Notes: generated by a model from the letters alone, not told the origin. A DNA stretch of 64,000 bases from Macrostomum hystrix (GCA_950097015.1 CATNEN010000038.1:22630001-22694000); one strand, 5' to 3'. Positions 1 to 11,699 are shown, numbered from the stretch's first letter. Translations and numbers: made by a program.

Positions 1-2440
1 AGATCCGCTTCATTAGCAAAGCCCAGGCCATAGACAGTGCCAGAATTGGTATCGGCCCATTGTCCAAACTTTTGTGAAGTCTTCTTAAATGACATTTTCT
101 CTGTCATAATGCTGTTAATTGGCATTTTTTTACTCGGATCCTGCGCTGCGTCGTCTATGCTTAAAATTCGATATTGCTCGCGAATTCGATCGAAAAAGAA
201 TGACACCTTGATTGCCTGAGTACTGGCTGGCAACCAGGTCTTCTTTGTTCTCGGATCAATAGTGAACACATGTGCATTGCATGTGTAGATCGGGGACTCC
301 CTAATTATTGGAGGTTGAAGAACTTGGTACATGTCTCTCAGTTAATATTCTGCTATTATGTACACTATTTCACACTTCAGTGTGACTTCACAGTTATATA
401 CATTAACTTTGGAAAATGTTGGCATAGTCTCTTTTACCTCAATTTAAGCCTACTCAATCAAATACAAAAATATTTTAAAGCTAAATTTAATTATAATGTT
501 TGCTTCAAAACTTCTTTCAACCATAGCCAGCTAGGTTATCGTATGCAAAGAGTGAGTGATAAAAACATTTGTTAGTTAGCTAAGTTTCTTTTAAAGGCAT
601 AAAATACACTTTTAAACTGTTATAACTTTGGCAATTTCTTTCTAAGGACTATTATACTACAAAACTGACTTATTTGTTTTAACAAAGCTTATAGCTAGCT
701 AGATAAAGGGTAGGCAATTAGTACTGTAATATGTTGGTATCTTAATTAGTAAGATTATATGTTTTTTATAGTCAATGATAACAGAAAAAAGTATTACTAA
801 AAATATGAACTTTTTGTCTAAAAATACATTTTTTGAAGTATAAATTTACAGCTTTTAATAGCTTTGATTTTTATGCTTTTAAGTGTTACTTAATTTTTTC
901 AATATCTCTAGCTTTTAAGCACTTTTTACTAAGTAAAATTGCAAAAATGATCATGAAATACATTTACATAGCAAGAGACAAGCTATGAGTAATGGCTTAT
1001 CAAAATTATCCAATTTTTCTAAATAAATATCCTGATTGGGTTTGCCTGATAAAATACTTGGATACTTGAATACTTAAAACATATTTATTGATTTTAGCTT
1101 GCTACTAACAAATCAACAGAATTACTAAACAGTAATCTTAGTCTTCTCAGATCATTATTTTGATATATGTAATATAGATGCATATTAATATTGATACACC
1201 AAAATATAAGCAGTAATTGTCTAAATATTTAAGATTTGTTACAAACCAAGATTTAATGACAATATAAAGTTATAAAGTTAATGTTCATTCTTTTGCTGAT
1301 CAGCAAAATTTTTATTTCTTTTTGTTCATTATGATTCATTAGCTAGCTTATGAAACATCAAATCTTAGGCCCATAAAAAATTTCTGGTCTGTTCGTCTAC
1401 TGCCATCTCATCTGCTATTAACTTGTCTTAAAAAGAATCTTTGTACAAACTTGTCTGCCATAAAGACATTAAAATCAAGTTGTCTGCTATGGCTTTTATC
1501 ATTGAAAAATGATAGACTGTATTGCCATGATGAGTTAAATAAGTGTATGCCAGGGAAGCTTGTGAAAATCTGGTTTGGTACCTGGACACTTTGTTATCTT
1601 ACAACTTTGTCATCCAGATGACAATCTGTCCAATATCTCAAAGGGTGGATAACAAAGAGACTTAGACTTGTGGACACTTTGTTATATATAAAACAATTTT
1701 TTTCAAAGTTAGAACAGAACCACCCCTCCACACATCATGTTGGTACCTGTCTTTCAACTCTTATAGTGAAATCAGTTTTTTCAAAACAAATTTCCCTCAC
1801 TTTATTCCAAACGAAGCAAGCACAAAAGTACCTCCATATCCATATCCCACCCTTCAAGTTTTCACATCTATATCAAGTTGTACATGTATGTAGAAGCATC
1901 CGTTAATTGAGTCTACCAACTACAATGCTTGGATTATTAGTAGATTATGAACTGACCAAACTTTAAAGCAAGCCAATTGGCTGGATAACAAAGTGTCCTA
2001 CCTTCAAAGAGGATGACAAAGTTGTAAGGTGACAAAGTGTCTAGGATCCTCTGGGTGTCACTGCACACAAAGCAAAAGTCTATACAAATCTGTTAATTTA
2101 GCTAAGGAACTAAAAAGATCTACTGATCTTCTATCCACATACTGGCATGTACACAGGCTTGATAGCAAGGTGTTTAATTTCTTTTTATGATAGTTAAGGC
2201 CAAGTTGACCAACTTGTCTGCTCAGAATTTCCCTTGCCAACAAATAAGGCAACTTGCAGAAAAGATGGTGGCAGAGGAAGAGACTAGAATCCCATAAAAA
2301 TATCTTCCTTAAAACTTATATAAATAATAAGCTTTATCTCTAACTATAATTATTAGTTAGTTGCATAGAGTATGCCTTCTGAATCTATTGTCATTGCACA
2401 TCACATGCACATGATACATGTATGTCTGAACTTACCCCAT
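1..2440 (-). CDS. homer: Homer (EVH1-domain scaffold), 5' part; coding exon 1 = 2440-2436 (ATG GG), exon 2 = 300-1 (runs off window)
   Basis: Not in the ORF track. Reverse complement of 300-1 reads (G)[26 protein letters not shown]...[29 protein letters not shown], the Homer EVH1 signature. ATGGG|GTAAG at 2440-2431 and TTAG|G at 304-300 splice to give MGE, as in other Homer genes. Confidence 0.93.
1577..2049. mobile_element. Non-autonomous TIR DNA transposon (MITE) in homer intron 1
   Basis: ~39-bp imperfect TIRs (GGTACCTGGACACTTTGTTATCTTACAACTTTGTCATCC vs reverse complement GGATCCTAGACACTTTGTCACCTTACAACTTTGTCATCC), internal GACACTTTGT repeats, degenerate 8-bp flanks TCTGGTTT/TCTGGGTG. Confidence 0.7.
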
Positions 2441-2759
2441 GACAAGCGACTATTTAGTTAAAGTGTTCTGCTGCAAAAGTAGAGTGAAACTCTAACATAA
2501 AAAGCCGCACTGTAATCAGACCAGAAGTCTCCTTTTTTATTGGTATCGTGTTATCGTGAGATATATAGAATGTTCAATAGTATAAAAAACATATAAAACT
2601 AATTACTACAGTATCTTTTGATTTGAACCGATGCTCTGGGTTCCTCTATCTGCAGGACTGCAGCGAATGGATTAAGCAACTTATTTAAATCTTAAAGGTT
2701 TAAGCTGCTTTAGTCTGCTTTAGTGAATAGCAGTGTACTACTCAATCAGCCACAGCACA

Positions 2760-3228
2760 TGTAATGAAATAATTCGTCTATTTTAAATTGTTAGTAAAAT
2801 CAAAATATTTATTGTATACTGTTATTACAACTAAATTTATGCTAACCATCTTCTCATATAACCGGTATTTTCGTACGGATGTTTGTATTAATTATGTATT
2901 CAGTATTTGTTTAAACTACGCTTGACAAGTTAAATATAAAGTGACACCAGTTGCAACCGGTTTTCTGACCCGCGCGCGCGCTTCGGGATTAGCCACTAAG
3001 TTTGGATAATTAGAATATTCGAACATTAGATTATAATTAATATAACCACCTTTAACTAATCTTGCTCTATATTGTAAGCGCGTGCGTCAGCAAAGCGGCG
3101 TAATTTATATAACAGAAGTAGGCCCTATCACTAATTATATTACTAATTATATTACATTAAGCTGCAGCCCTTCAAAACGATTTACAATTCATTTTAAATG
3201 GCGACCACCGACCAATAAATTCATTACA
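2760..3228 (+). repeat. 5' LTR (469 bp)
   Basis: Direct repeat of 9901-10369; no differences seen by eye. Confidence 0.97.
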
Positions 3229-3230
3229 AA

Positions 3231-3248
3231 TGGCGACCACGCCAGGAC
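3231..3248 (+). promoter_or_regulatory. Primer binding site, tRNA-Arg-like (TGGCGACCACGCCAGGAC)
   Basis: Starts 2 nt after the LTR with TGG; complementary to a tRNA-Arg 3' end (...GTCCTGGCGTGGTCGCCA). TGGCGACC-type PBSs are typical of 412/mdg1-like elements. Confidence 0.85.
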
Positions 3249-3633
3249 CATACTCTAAATGTTAGACTCTGCTGGAATCTATTAGCTATTTTAATATAAT
3301 CTGGATTCATATTCATTTACTTTGTGTAGTTTTGAGTAATCTCTTCTCTGATATCGAAATTTGTTAATATCTACATACACTTTATCTGTATTTTCTGGTT
3401 ATATATTGTCTCACTAAATCTCAGTTAGTCTAGAGCTAGTCTCTTGATTGTTGGCCCTATTGCATGTTGCAACTACAGTTTAACTAGGCCTAGATCTCAT
3501 TAATGACATATTTCTCCTTTGGTATTGACCTAATAATTTATTTTGTTTCAAACTACATTTCAAACTCAAACTAGTAATATTGGTCTTAATAGGCTAAGTT
3601 AAATAAAGATCTTAGCTTTACATTTCATTTGTG

Positions 3634-4953
3634 ATGTCTCAACACTTAATGGACACAATTGAATTAAGAAATCGATCAGTTCAGAGAGCACCTGTGCCAA
3701 TTCAATCCAACCCTTGGCCAGGCCAATCTGGTGACTTCCAGTCAAACCCAAATGCAGACTATTCATTCTTTAACCCACCAGAACAAATCAATAGAACTGA
3801 ACCAACAATACAAACAAATCCTTTCCATATAGATTATGGTCATAGAGAACCATACATTCTATCATCATCTGCACAAGAAAATATGAGAGTTCAAGAGTGG
3901 ATAAACCACAATCCATCAAGAAGCACTAATCCATTTTTAGATGAAGCATCATGTATTGCCGATTCAGAGCCAACCAATGCTACCAATCCTAGCCTTTTCT
4001 TAGGCCCAGTGCCTCAAGGTTTTCAAGCACAAAAGCACACTAGCATTGAGCCTATGCCAACATCTTACCAGATTCCTCCTGTGCCTAAGCCAGCACCATT
4101 TAATGGCAAGGAAGACTTTTCTGATTTCATTGCTAGAATCGATAATTATCTTTGCAGATTCCCTAGCTTGACTGATGCTATCAAAATTCAAACACTTGTT
4201 GCTTTCTTAGGTCCAGTCTTTAGTTCTTATAGAGCCTGGTTGGCAAATGCATGTGCATCAGCAGGTATGCCTCTAGGTACACCTCTTGAACAACTGCCAA
4301 ATGCTACCTATGACTTATGTGTGCAATTTTTAAAGAGTAGACAAGGTGAGAAAACTAGTATTGTTCTTAGAAGAGAACTTCGGACCCTAACTAGGAAGCC
4401 TAATGAAACATTTGAGCAATTCTTGACAAACTTACAAAATCTAGCCATTCAAGCTTATCCAGAAAACGCCAATAGTGAAGTAGTCCAAACTATGGTGCTT
4501 GACCAATTTATTGCAGGTATTGGTGACTTAAAGGTAACAGAGTATTTGTCTAACCAATTGCACCTTGAGACACCAGAACAAGCTCTACAGCTGGCACAAC
4601 AAGTTCGAGAGACCCAGTTGCTACTTCAAAGTCAATCTACACATAGTGCACAAAGAAGCAATATAATAAGAAACACTAAGCCAATTTACCCACATATGGG
4701 AAGTCAGCAATGCAATTCAATAGACTCTCAATCCAACCACATGCAAGCAACTACTAAAACATCTGTAAATGCAAGGCCTTATCAACCAGCACTACTGAAC
4801 CAGCCACAGCGCCAACTGCACCAGAGCAGGAACCAAGGGAAATGCTATGGATGTGGTCAACATGGGCACATAAATAGGAATTGCCCAAACGCCAATCAGG
4901 CTGGATCACGGGGCAGATTCCAGCCAAGAGTGCCAACTGCCCCACCACTGTAG
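3634..4953 (+). CDS. gag: Gag (capsid plus CCHC zinc knuckle)
   Basis: Uninterrupted ORF with P-x-PFNGKEDFSDF capsid motif, DQFIAG motif and CYGCGQHGHINRNC knuckle; first ATG at 3634. Confidence 0.93.
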   Translation: MSQHLMDTIELRNRSVQRAPVPIQSNPWPGQSGDFQSNPNADYSFFNPPEQINRTEPTIQTNPFHIDYGHREPYILSSSAQENMRVQEWINHNPSRSTNPFLDEASCIADSEPTNATNPSLFLGPVPQGFQAQKHTSIEPMPTSYQIPPVPKPAPFNGKEDFSDFIARIDNYLCRFPSLTDAIKIQTLVAFLGPVFSSYRAWLANACASAGMPLGTPLEQLPNATYDLCVQFLKSRQGEKTSIVLRRELRTLTRKPNETFEQFLTNLQNLAIQAYPENANSEVVQTMVLDQFIAGIGDLKVTEYLSNQLHLETPEQALQLAQQVRETQLLLQSQSTHSAQRSNIIRNTKPIYPHMGSQQCNSIDSQSNHMQATTKTSVNARPYQPALLNQPQRQLHQSRNQGKCYGCGQHGHINRNCPNANQAGSRGRFQPRVPTAPPL

Positions 4954-7900
4954 CTGATCACCGGAAGCAAGGAGCTAGGGAAATCCTTAATGTAAATCTT
5001 GATTTTAATAATGCTATATATGTAAATGCAATTGTAGCGTCTAAAAAAATACCTTGCCTAATAGACACAGGCTCTAGTGTCACAATCATTTCAGCTGATG
5101 TCCTTAATCAACCTAGACTAAATCTTATCAAGGCAGAAGTTCAGTTAACAGTTGCCAATGGCGAAGAATTAAAGGTTTTAGGAAAGAAAAAAGTTACCTT
5201 TTCATTTGGCCAACTCAATTTAGCACATGAAGTATATGTCTGTAGCAATATCCAGCACAATGTAATTATAGGTTTAGATTTCTTAAAGCAATTTGATGTT
5301 TCTATTCACCCAGCACAAGGTATTATTACTTTCAATGCTCATAACAAATCAATTCCAACTCGGAAAACCATGGAAGTCCCAAGGTTTCAAGTCCTTGTTG
5401 TGGCTGAAACTACAACTGTGCCACCAGGCCAGACTCTTGATATTTCTATTAAGCCAAAAATTCCTGATCAATCACTTGCTCCAGGCATTGTTGAATCAAA
5501 TCACCATGTCCCAGGTCTCTTGCTTGCCAGAGGTATTCATCTAATAAAAAATGAAGGCATGAATGTTAATGTTGTCAATAGTAATGTTAACAGAGAGTTA
5601 CTATTAAGAGCCGGTCTAGTCATTGCTAAGTTTATCCCACTAGATCAAAAAGGAAATGTGTGCATCATTGGAAGCTTAAATCCAAACCAAAGTGAAAATG
5701 AAGACATAATTAGTGAAGAGAGTAACCTAGACAATAAAACTAGTACACAGTCTAACCAAACAAAGTTTAACATATCAAAAGACTTGTCACCATCAGAAGC
5801 AAATGATGTAGAAGCAGTATTAAATCAATTTAAAGATGTATTCGCATCAGGTAGTAATTTAGGTAGAGCGAATTTGCTGAAACATAAAATCGATACAGGT
5901 GATGCGTTGCCGACCAAGGAAACACTAAGGAGATCTAACTTGACCACTATAAATGAACAGAAAAAGATTATCGATGACATGATCCAAGATAACGTCATTG
6001 TTCCATCATCATCTCCATGGGCAGCTGCAGTAGTGCTAGTTCGCAAGAAAGATGGTAACCTTAGATTTTGCATAGATTATCGAAAATTAAACAATGTTAC
6101 AAAGTCTGATGCCTATCCAATGCCTAGAGTGGACGACACTCTGGATGCTCTAGCTGGCAACATATATTTTTCAGCCATGGATATGCAGTCAGGATACTGG
6201 CAGGTCGAACTTGATGAACATGACAGTGAGAAGACAGCTTTCCTGTGCCACCATGGTCTGTACCAATTCAGGGTCATGCCATTTGGGCTGAAAAATGCCC
6301 CAGCTACGTTTCAACGGCTGATGGACCTGGTGCTGCGCGGTCTGAAGTGGGAAGCTTGTCTTGTGTATATCGATGACATCGTTGTAATGGGCAGAACATT
6401 AGACGAGCATAATTGTAATCTTGCTCAAGTCCTCCAGCGCCTCCAAAATGCAAATCTTCGCTTAAAGCCTAGCAAATGTATCTTTGCATCTAAGTCAATA
6501 AAAATTCTAGGACATAAAATAACACCCCAAGGCATTTCGGTTGATGATCAGAAGGTCAAAGCAGTCCATGATTGGCCTCGACCCCAATCAGTTAAGGATG
6601 TCCAGAGTTTCCTAGGTTTAGCCTCTTATTATAGAAGATTTATTAAAAGTTTCTCCACAATAGCAGAGCCTTTGCGCCGACTAACACTAAAAAATACACA
6701 ATTTATCTGGACTAATGAACAAGAACAAAGTTTCTGTTCGCTGAAAGACAGGTTAACTTCAGCGCCGATTCTTGCCTTGCCAGACACTTCAGATATTAAT
6801 AGTCAATTTATTTTAGATACTGATGCTAGCGGTTTCGGAGTAGGTAGTGTGCTGTCGCAGATTCAAAAAGGACAAGAGAAGGTTATCGCCTACAGCAGCC
6901 GAGCTTTGAATTCTGCAGAAAGAAATTACTGTGTGACTAGGAGGGAACTATTAGCTGTAGTCGAATCGTGCAAAAAATTCAGATCTTATCTAGCTGGTAA
7001 AAAGTTTATAATTCGCGTTGACCATGCTGCACTAACCCACTTACTAAGTTTCAAGGAGCCGACTGGACAGTTAGCACGCTGGCTTGAGTCATTACAAGAA
7101 TTTGACTTCGAAATTATCCACCGACCAGGTAAAATGCATATGAACGCTGACGCTCTGTCCAGATGTCCGCGGTTTTGTGAAGCATGTCAGCCGGACAAGC
7201 CGCGTAGAGTAGATGCTGAGTGTCAAACTAGTAACAATGAGACCTGTAATGCAGTTGTTCCATCACGTAGGAAGCAGCAACTTGTTGCGCGAACCTCGGA
7301 TGTCGAAGATATAAGTGACGAAGACTCAGTTGACACAGATATCGACGAAACATCTTTGAGAGTGTTGCAGCTAAGAGATGATGGTATTGGACCAGTTTAC
7401 AGAAAACTCGCTCAGGGAAATACGGAATTGACTGAGGAAGACAAGACAACTATGGCACCAGAGAGCATAATGTTAATGAATAAGGTTAATGGTCTATGCT
7501 TTATCAACGGCGTTATGCATCGTGTTATAGATTCAAAACCAATACTAGTGCTCCCAATAATTAAAAGACAAGAGATTATTGAAGAAATACATCAACTTGG
7601 TCATTTTGGCATAAAGAAGACTGCTGAAGCAGTTAAAGCACGATTTTATTGGCCAAAACTAATAGATGACGTCATGCTGTACACGAAAGAATGCGTCCAG
7701 TGCCAAAGAGCAAAACCAACATCCGCCTCTAAAGCTCCGCTCCGTCCTATGTCATCTGGCTTCCCGATGCAACGAGTGGCGATTGATGTCGTGAAAATAG
7801 CCACATCGCGCCAAGGCAACGACCGTCTACTTACAATTATGGATTACTTTAGCAAATGGGTCGAGCTTGTCCCGTTGCAGGACGAACGCGCAGAAACCAT

Positions 7901-8678
7901 CGCAAATGCACTTTTCATGCACTGGATAAGCCGGTTTGGAGCGCCCCACATCTTGCACTCTGATAGAGGCAAAGGCGTAGATGGCAAACTGATTAGGAAG
8001 CTCTGTAAACTACTTAACATCCAAAAGACACGCACAACAGCATTTCATCCTCAGTGTGATGGACTGGTGGAACGGTTCCACCGTACGCTTCATAATATCT
8101 TGCGTTGTTATCTTCAAAATGTTGATCCTGAGGACTGGGAGGATGCAATTCCCCATTGTCTCATGGCCTACCGAAGTTCAGTCCACGCGACTACCGGTTT
8201 CACACCGCACTATCTAATGACTGGTCGCGAGATGGTGCTGCCAGTAGACGTTGTGTACCGCGAGCCTGAGCCTAAATTAACTCCTACTACCTTTGCTGAC
8301 GCGATTAAAGAGCAACTAATTAACGCTTATGAGACAGTCAGGAAAGCCACCAAAGCTGTCCAAAGAGTTCAAAAGAGGTACTACGATAGAAATATCAAGA
8401 AGCAAAGATTCCATGAGAATGCATTGGTGTGGGTTTTTACCCCTCCTTTAGCTCTGCGACAGCGGGATTCTCGTTGGTCGCACAAGCACCATGCTCCATG
8501 GACTGGCCCATTCAGAGTAGTGCGTAAGACATCTCCAGTAAACTACGAAGTTGTCCGTCAGGTTGAAGGTAAAGATCAAGGTAAGGGGAAGATTGTCCAT
8601 GCGGGAAAGATGAAACTAATCGTCCAACCTTCGCAGAAGCTGCCGAGTCTCTGGCAAGATGATATCGAGGAAGAATAA
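4881..8678 (+). CDS. pol: Pol polyprotein (protease, RT, RNase H, integrase), in the -1 frame relative to gag
   Basis: LIDTGS protease; YIDD RT; DTDAS RNase H; HHCC, D,D(35)E and WTGPF integrase motifs; no stops over 1265 codons. Confidence 0.97.
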   Translation: MPKRQSGWITGQIPAKSANCPTTVADHRKQGAREILNVNLDFNNAIYVNAIVASKKIPCLIDTGSSVTIISADVLNQPRLNLIKAEVQLTVANGEELKVLGKKKVTFSFGQLNLAHEVYVCSNIQHNVIIGLDFLKQFDVSIHPAQGIITFNAHNKSIPTRKTMEVPRFQVLVVAETTTVPPGQTLDISIKPKIPDQSLAPGIVESNHHVPGLLLARGIHLIKNEGMNVNVVNSNVNRELLLRAGLVIAKFIPLDQKGNVCIIGSLNPNQSENEDIISEESNLDNKTSTQSNQTKFNISKDLSPSEANDVEAVLNQFKDVFASGSNLGRANLLKHKIDTGDALPTKETLRRSNLTTINEQKKIIDDMIQDNVIVPSSSPWAAAVVLVRKKDGNLRFCIDYRKLNNVTKSDAYPMPRVDDTLDALAGNIYFSAMDMQSGYWQVELDEHDSEKTAFLCHHGLYQFRVMPFGLKNAPATFQRLMDLVLRGLKWEACLVYIDDIVVMGRTLDEHNCNLAQVLQRLQNANLRLKPSKCIFASKSIKILGHKITPQGISVDDQKVKAVHDWPRPQSVKDVQSFLGLASYYRRFIKSFSTIAEPLRRLTLKNTQFIWTNEQEQSFCSLKDRLTSAPILALPDTSDINSQFILDTDASGFGVGSVLSQIQKGQEKVIAYSSRALNSAERNYCVTRRELLAVVESCKKFRSYLAGKKFIIRVDHAALTHLLSFKEPTGQLARWLESLQEFDFEIIHRPGKMHMNADALSRCPRFCEACQPDKPRRVDAECQTSNNETCNAVVPSRRKQQLVARTSDVEDISDEDSVDTDIDETSLRVLQLRDDGIGPVYRKLAQGNTELTEEDKTTMAPESIMLMNKVNGLCFINGVMHRVIDSKPILVLPIIKRQEIIEEIHQLGHFGIKKTAEAVKARFYWPKLIDDVMLYTKECVQCQRAKPTSASKAPLRPMSSGFPMQRVAIDVVKIATSRQGNDRLLTIMDYFSKWVELVPLQDERAETIANALFMHWISRFGAPHILHSDRGKGVDGKLIRKLCKLLNIQKTRTTAFHPQCDGLVERFHRTLHNILRCYLQNVDPEDWEDAIPHCLMAYRSSVHATTGFTPHYLMTGREMVLPVDVVYREPEPKLTPTTFADAIKEQLINAYETVRKATKAVQRVQKRYYDRNIKKQRFHENALVWVFTPPLALRQRDSRWSHKHHAPWTGPFRVVRKTSPVNYEVVRQVEGKDQGKGKIVHAGKMKLIVQPSQKLPSLWQDDIEEE
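4884..4943 (+). promoter_or_regulatory. -1 programmed ribosomal frameshift signal (C_CCA_AAC plus H-type pseudoknot)
   Basis: Heptamer 4884-4890 in gag phase; 8-nt spacer; stem 1 GGCTGGA 4899-4905 / TCCAGCC 4919-4925; stem 2 GGGGCAG 4910-4916 / CTGCCCC 4937-4943. Confidence 0.88.
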
Positions 8679-9889
8679 GTCGATCACTGCCGAAATCCTT
8701 GAAGTTTCTCTTTCCGATCCAGTATTCCAAATGACACAATAATGACACTTATTACATTAAGGGAAGCTATGCTTTACTATTATTCTAAAATTTTAGGTTA
8801 GTTTAGGTTCGAATAAAAATTTATGTCGCTATGGCCGAAATTAATGCAGATTTTGTTTCAGATGCCCGACTGTGTTGCTATAAGCTACAAGTAAACTTTT
8901 GTTTGATTGCACTTTTTAATTTTCCATGCGTATGCGTTAACATTTAAACAATATGTCGTCAATCGAATGCTTTTCGCTGCAATAAAGTTCTTTCGTTTGC
9001 TTGTATCTCGAAGTTATTTATCTTCTGTTTGCACTTCCAATATCCTTAAGTGTATCGGTTGCTTTGCAATAAAATTTACCGCCATTCGTCATCAATGCAT
9101 TTTAAAGTCCCAATATGATTAATTGTTACTCGTTACTCGTCAAAATCGTGTTTTTCAAATGTTAAGTTTTGTATATGTTTTCTTGCGTTTACACAATTTT
9201 GCGCATTTCAATGAGTTATTGTTTGTGAATGGACTTACCACTGACTATTCCCTCGTTATTGTTGATGTCGAATGAATCCAAATAGCTAGTCGACGTTTGA
9301 TCGTGTTTAAGTTTTGTCGTGATGTTCGTTATCCATTAAATGTCTATTTGTACCGTAAGAAACCTGTAGACTGTATTGATTGTATTTTTAGACTTTGTAA
9401 TTTTGTATTTTAGACTGTATCCGCGTTGTCATAGTTACTGTTATGTTTAGTAGTTTGTCGTGGTTTTCTTCTAGCCGCTGCCACAGCCAGGCATGCAGGA
9501 GGCATTGAAATGTCCTCCTTGTCATCGCCCGGCAGGTTGGTTCGGTAGAGTTTTGTGAGGCTCGCTGAGGCTTAGGGATTCGAAGCTACCCCGTCTTTTC
9601 GGTGCGTGGTGCAGCTTTCGATCGCCCAAGTTCTTGTCGGTTCTTGTTTGTCAGTTTCGCAGTCCCCGCTCCCAAGCGTACATTTTGTGCTGTTCGTCTT
9701 GTGTTGCTCGGTATCTGTTGAACGGTGTTGTCGCTTGATATCTATTGCTTCGTGTAGAATATACATTATCGAACCTTGTATTTGTACTGCTAGTAGTATG
9801 ATCGCGATATGAAGCTATGTATTGAAGTCATTGTAATGCCATATGTACGTTATTTATTGTTATTTTCAATGAGGACATTGACTTTTGTT

Positions 9890-9900
9890 GAGGAGGATGA
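9890..9900 (+). promoter_or_regulatory. Polypurine tract
   Basis: GAGGAGGATGA immediately before the 3' LTR. Confidence 0.8.
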
Positions 9901-10369
9901 TGTAATGAAATAATTCGTCTATTTTAAATTGTTAGTAAAATCAAAATATTTATTGTATACTGTTATTACAACTAAATTTATGCTAACCATCTTCTCATAT
10001 AACCGGTATTTTCGTACGGATGTTTGTATTAATTATGTATTCAGTATTTGTTTAAACTACGCTTGACAAGTTAAATATAAAGTGACACCAGTTGCAACCG
10101 GTTTTCTGACCCGCGCGCGCGCTTCGGGATTAGCCACTAAGTTTGGATAATTAGAATATTCGAACATTAGATTATAATTAATATAACCACCTTTAACTAA
10201 TCTTGCTCTATATTGTAAGCGCGTGCGTCAGCAAAGCGGCGTAATTTATATAACAGAAGTAGGCCCTATCACTAATTATATTACTAATTATATTACATTA
10301 AGCTGCAGCCCTTCAAAACGATTTACAATTCATTTTAAATGGCGACCACCGACCAATAAATTCATTACA
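9901..10369 (+). repeat. 3' LTR (469 bp)
   Basis: Direct repeat of 2760-3228, followed by TSD CACA. Confidence 0.97.
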
Positions 10370-11374
10370 CACATATAAAATGATAATTATAACAATTTTG
10401 AATTTACAAATGTTCGTTGAAACACGAAATTAAAAACATTATAGAAACATATAAGCATAAAAACAAATTTAAATTTGCAAATTTGAAAAATAATCTGATT
10501 CTTATTTTAATTTGTGCTGGAGATTTTAAGAACCTCCAGCACATTTTTATGCAGATTATTTTTGTTTATAAATTATAATTCTAATAACATTCTTGTGACG
10601 TAAAACAAGGTTCTTAAAATTGTTCTAAAATCCTAATATTACGACTTATAGAATAAAGAGAACAACTATTTGAACAATAAGACTGAAATACCGTATATAC
10701 CGGTTAGACAGACCTTCGAAATCTAGGATAGTTGTACTTTAGGATATTGTTACTTCGGAGAAACACTTTATTAGTGCTACTTCCAATTTTACTTTCACAC
10801 TTTATGCTAAAGTTAACTCGTTGTAACGTGTAGACCCGCTATGTAAAGTAAGACAAAAGTTGATCCGTGACTTGGTACGTCCCTGTAAATGTGACAACAT
10901 TTAATTGATTTTAATAACCGCTACAGAATTGACACTTACGCAATCAGCAACACTTAACTCAAGTCTATGTTAACTGCTTTGTTTTTGCAAATTATAATGT
11001 TTTCCATTTGCAGTTATTACTGATGCAATTACGGCATGTGTCGGTAATTAAAATATGAAAATGAATTTCCTTCTTAGCTGTATTATACTGTATGACAGCT
11101 GAGTTTGTTCGCTTTTTAATATTTTTTCTTCTACTAAACTCGATTTAAAAACAGTGCATGGACATTCCATATAATTAAACCATAAATTAATTGACAAGTA
11201 ATAAAGCTATTTTTCATTTTCATCGCTCGTTGACTTTCGTTACGATCTCAAAATAATAAATGTCCTGGTTGGATCGAATTATATGTTTATTACTATTAGC
11301 CCAGTGCCCGATTATTATAACAGTGAGTTATAACAACAACCTCTTTTGTTGTTGTTGTTACATGTATGTAACAA

Positions 11375-11695
11375 AGAGGTTGTAGCCTAGTGGTTAGGGC
11401 GTCGGACTAACGACTTGAAGGTCGGGGGTTCGATTCCCGACTCCACTGAAACAATTTGTGTCCTTTAGCAAGACACTTAACTCTGCATTGCTTCAGTTCA
11501 CCCAGCTGTTAAATGGGTACCAGCATCAGCTGGGATAATTGAAGGTGGGTGTGGCGTCCCCCCAGTCCATGGACTGAACAGCTGTACGCAGCCTTCAGAT
11601 GCGCCGCGCAATAGCTGCGGCTGTGCGGTCGGCTGCACATCTGGCCCGATTGGGGCAGGTGTAATTAATTATTATTAATTATTATTATTATTATA
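11375..11695 (+). mobile_element. tRNA-derived SINE with CORE-like central domain (family A, copy 1)
   Basis: A box TAGCCTAGTGG, B box GGTTCGATTCC, then TGTGTCCTTTAGCAAGACACTTAAC...CTGTTAAATGGG (resembles MIR/CORE), (ATT)n tail; second copy at 56915-57080. Confidence 0.82.
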
Positions 11696-11699
11696 ACAA

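Larger units (their letters stand above)
2760..10369 (+). mobile_element. Full-length Ty3/Gypsy LTR retrotransposon (412/mdg1-like), apparently intact
   Basis: Two 469-bp LTRs with TG...CA ends and 9-bp inverted termini TGTAATGAA/TTCATTACA; 4-bp TSD CACA (2756-2759, 10370-10373); PBS, gag, pol in PR-RT-RH-IN order, PPT. Confidence 0.98.

Noticed and set aside
37-575. Plus-strand ORFs 37-219 and 270-575
   Set aside because: Antisense shadows of the homer exon and intron; no homology features.
4837-4984. GGGAAAT heptamers at ~4837 and ~4978 as frameshift sites
   Set aside because: Out of phase for gag and outside the 4878-4953 overlap bounded by stop codons.
8679-9889. Possible env or antisense ORF in the 1.2-kb Gypsy 3' region
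   Set aside because: Only ORFs under 80 aa with no recognisable features; open minus-strand stretches are explained by T-rich composition.
11375-11450. Possible tRNA-Val(AAC) gene
   Set aside because: Poor acceptor stem; continues into a CORE-like SINE body, and a second diverged copy exists at 56915, so it is a SINE head.
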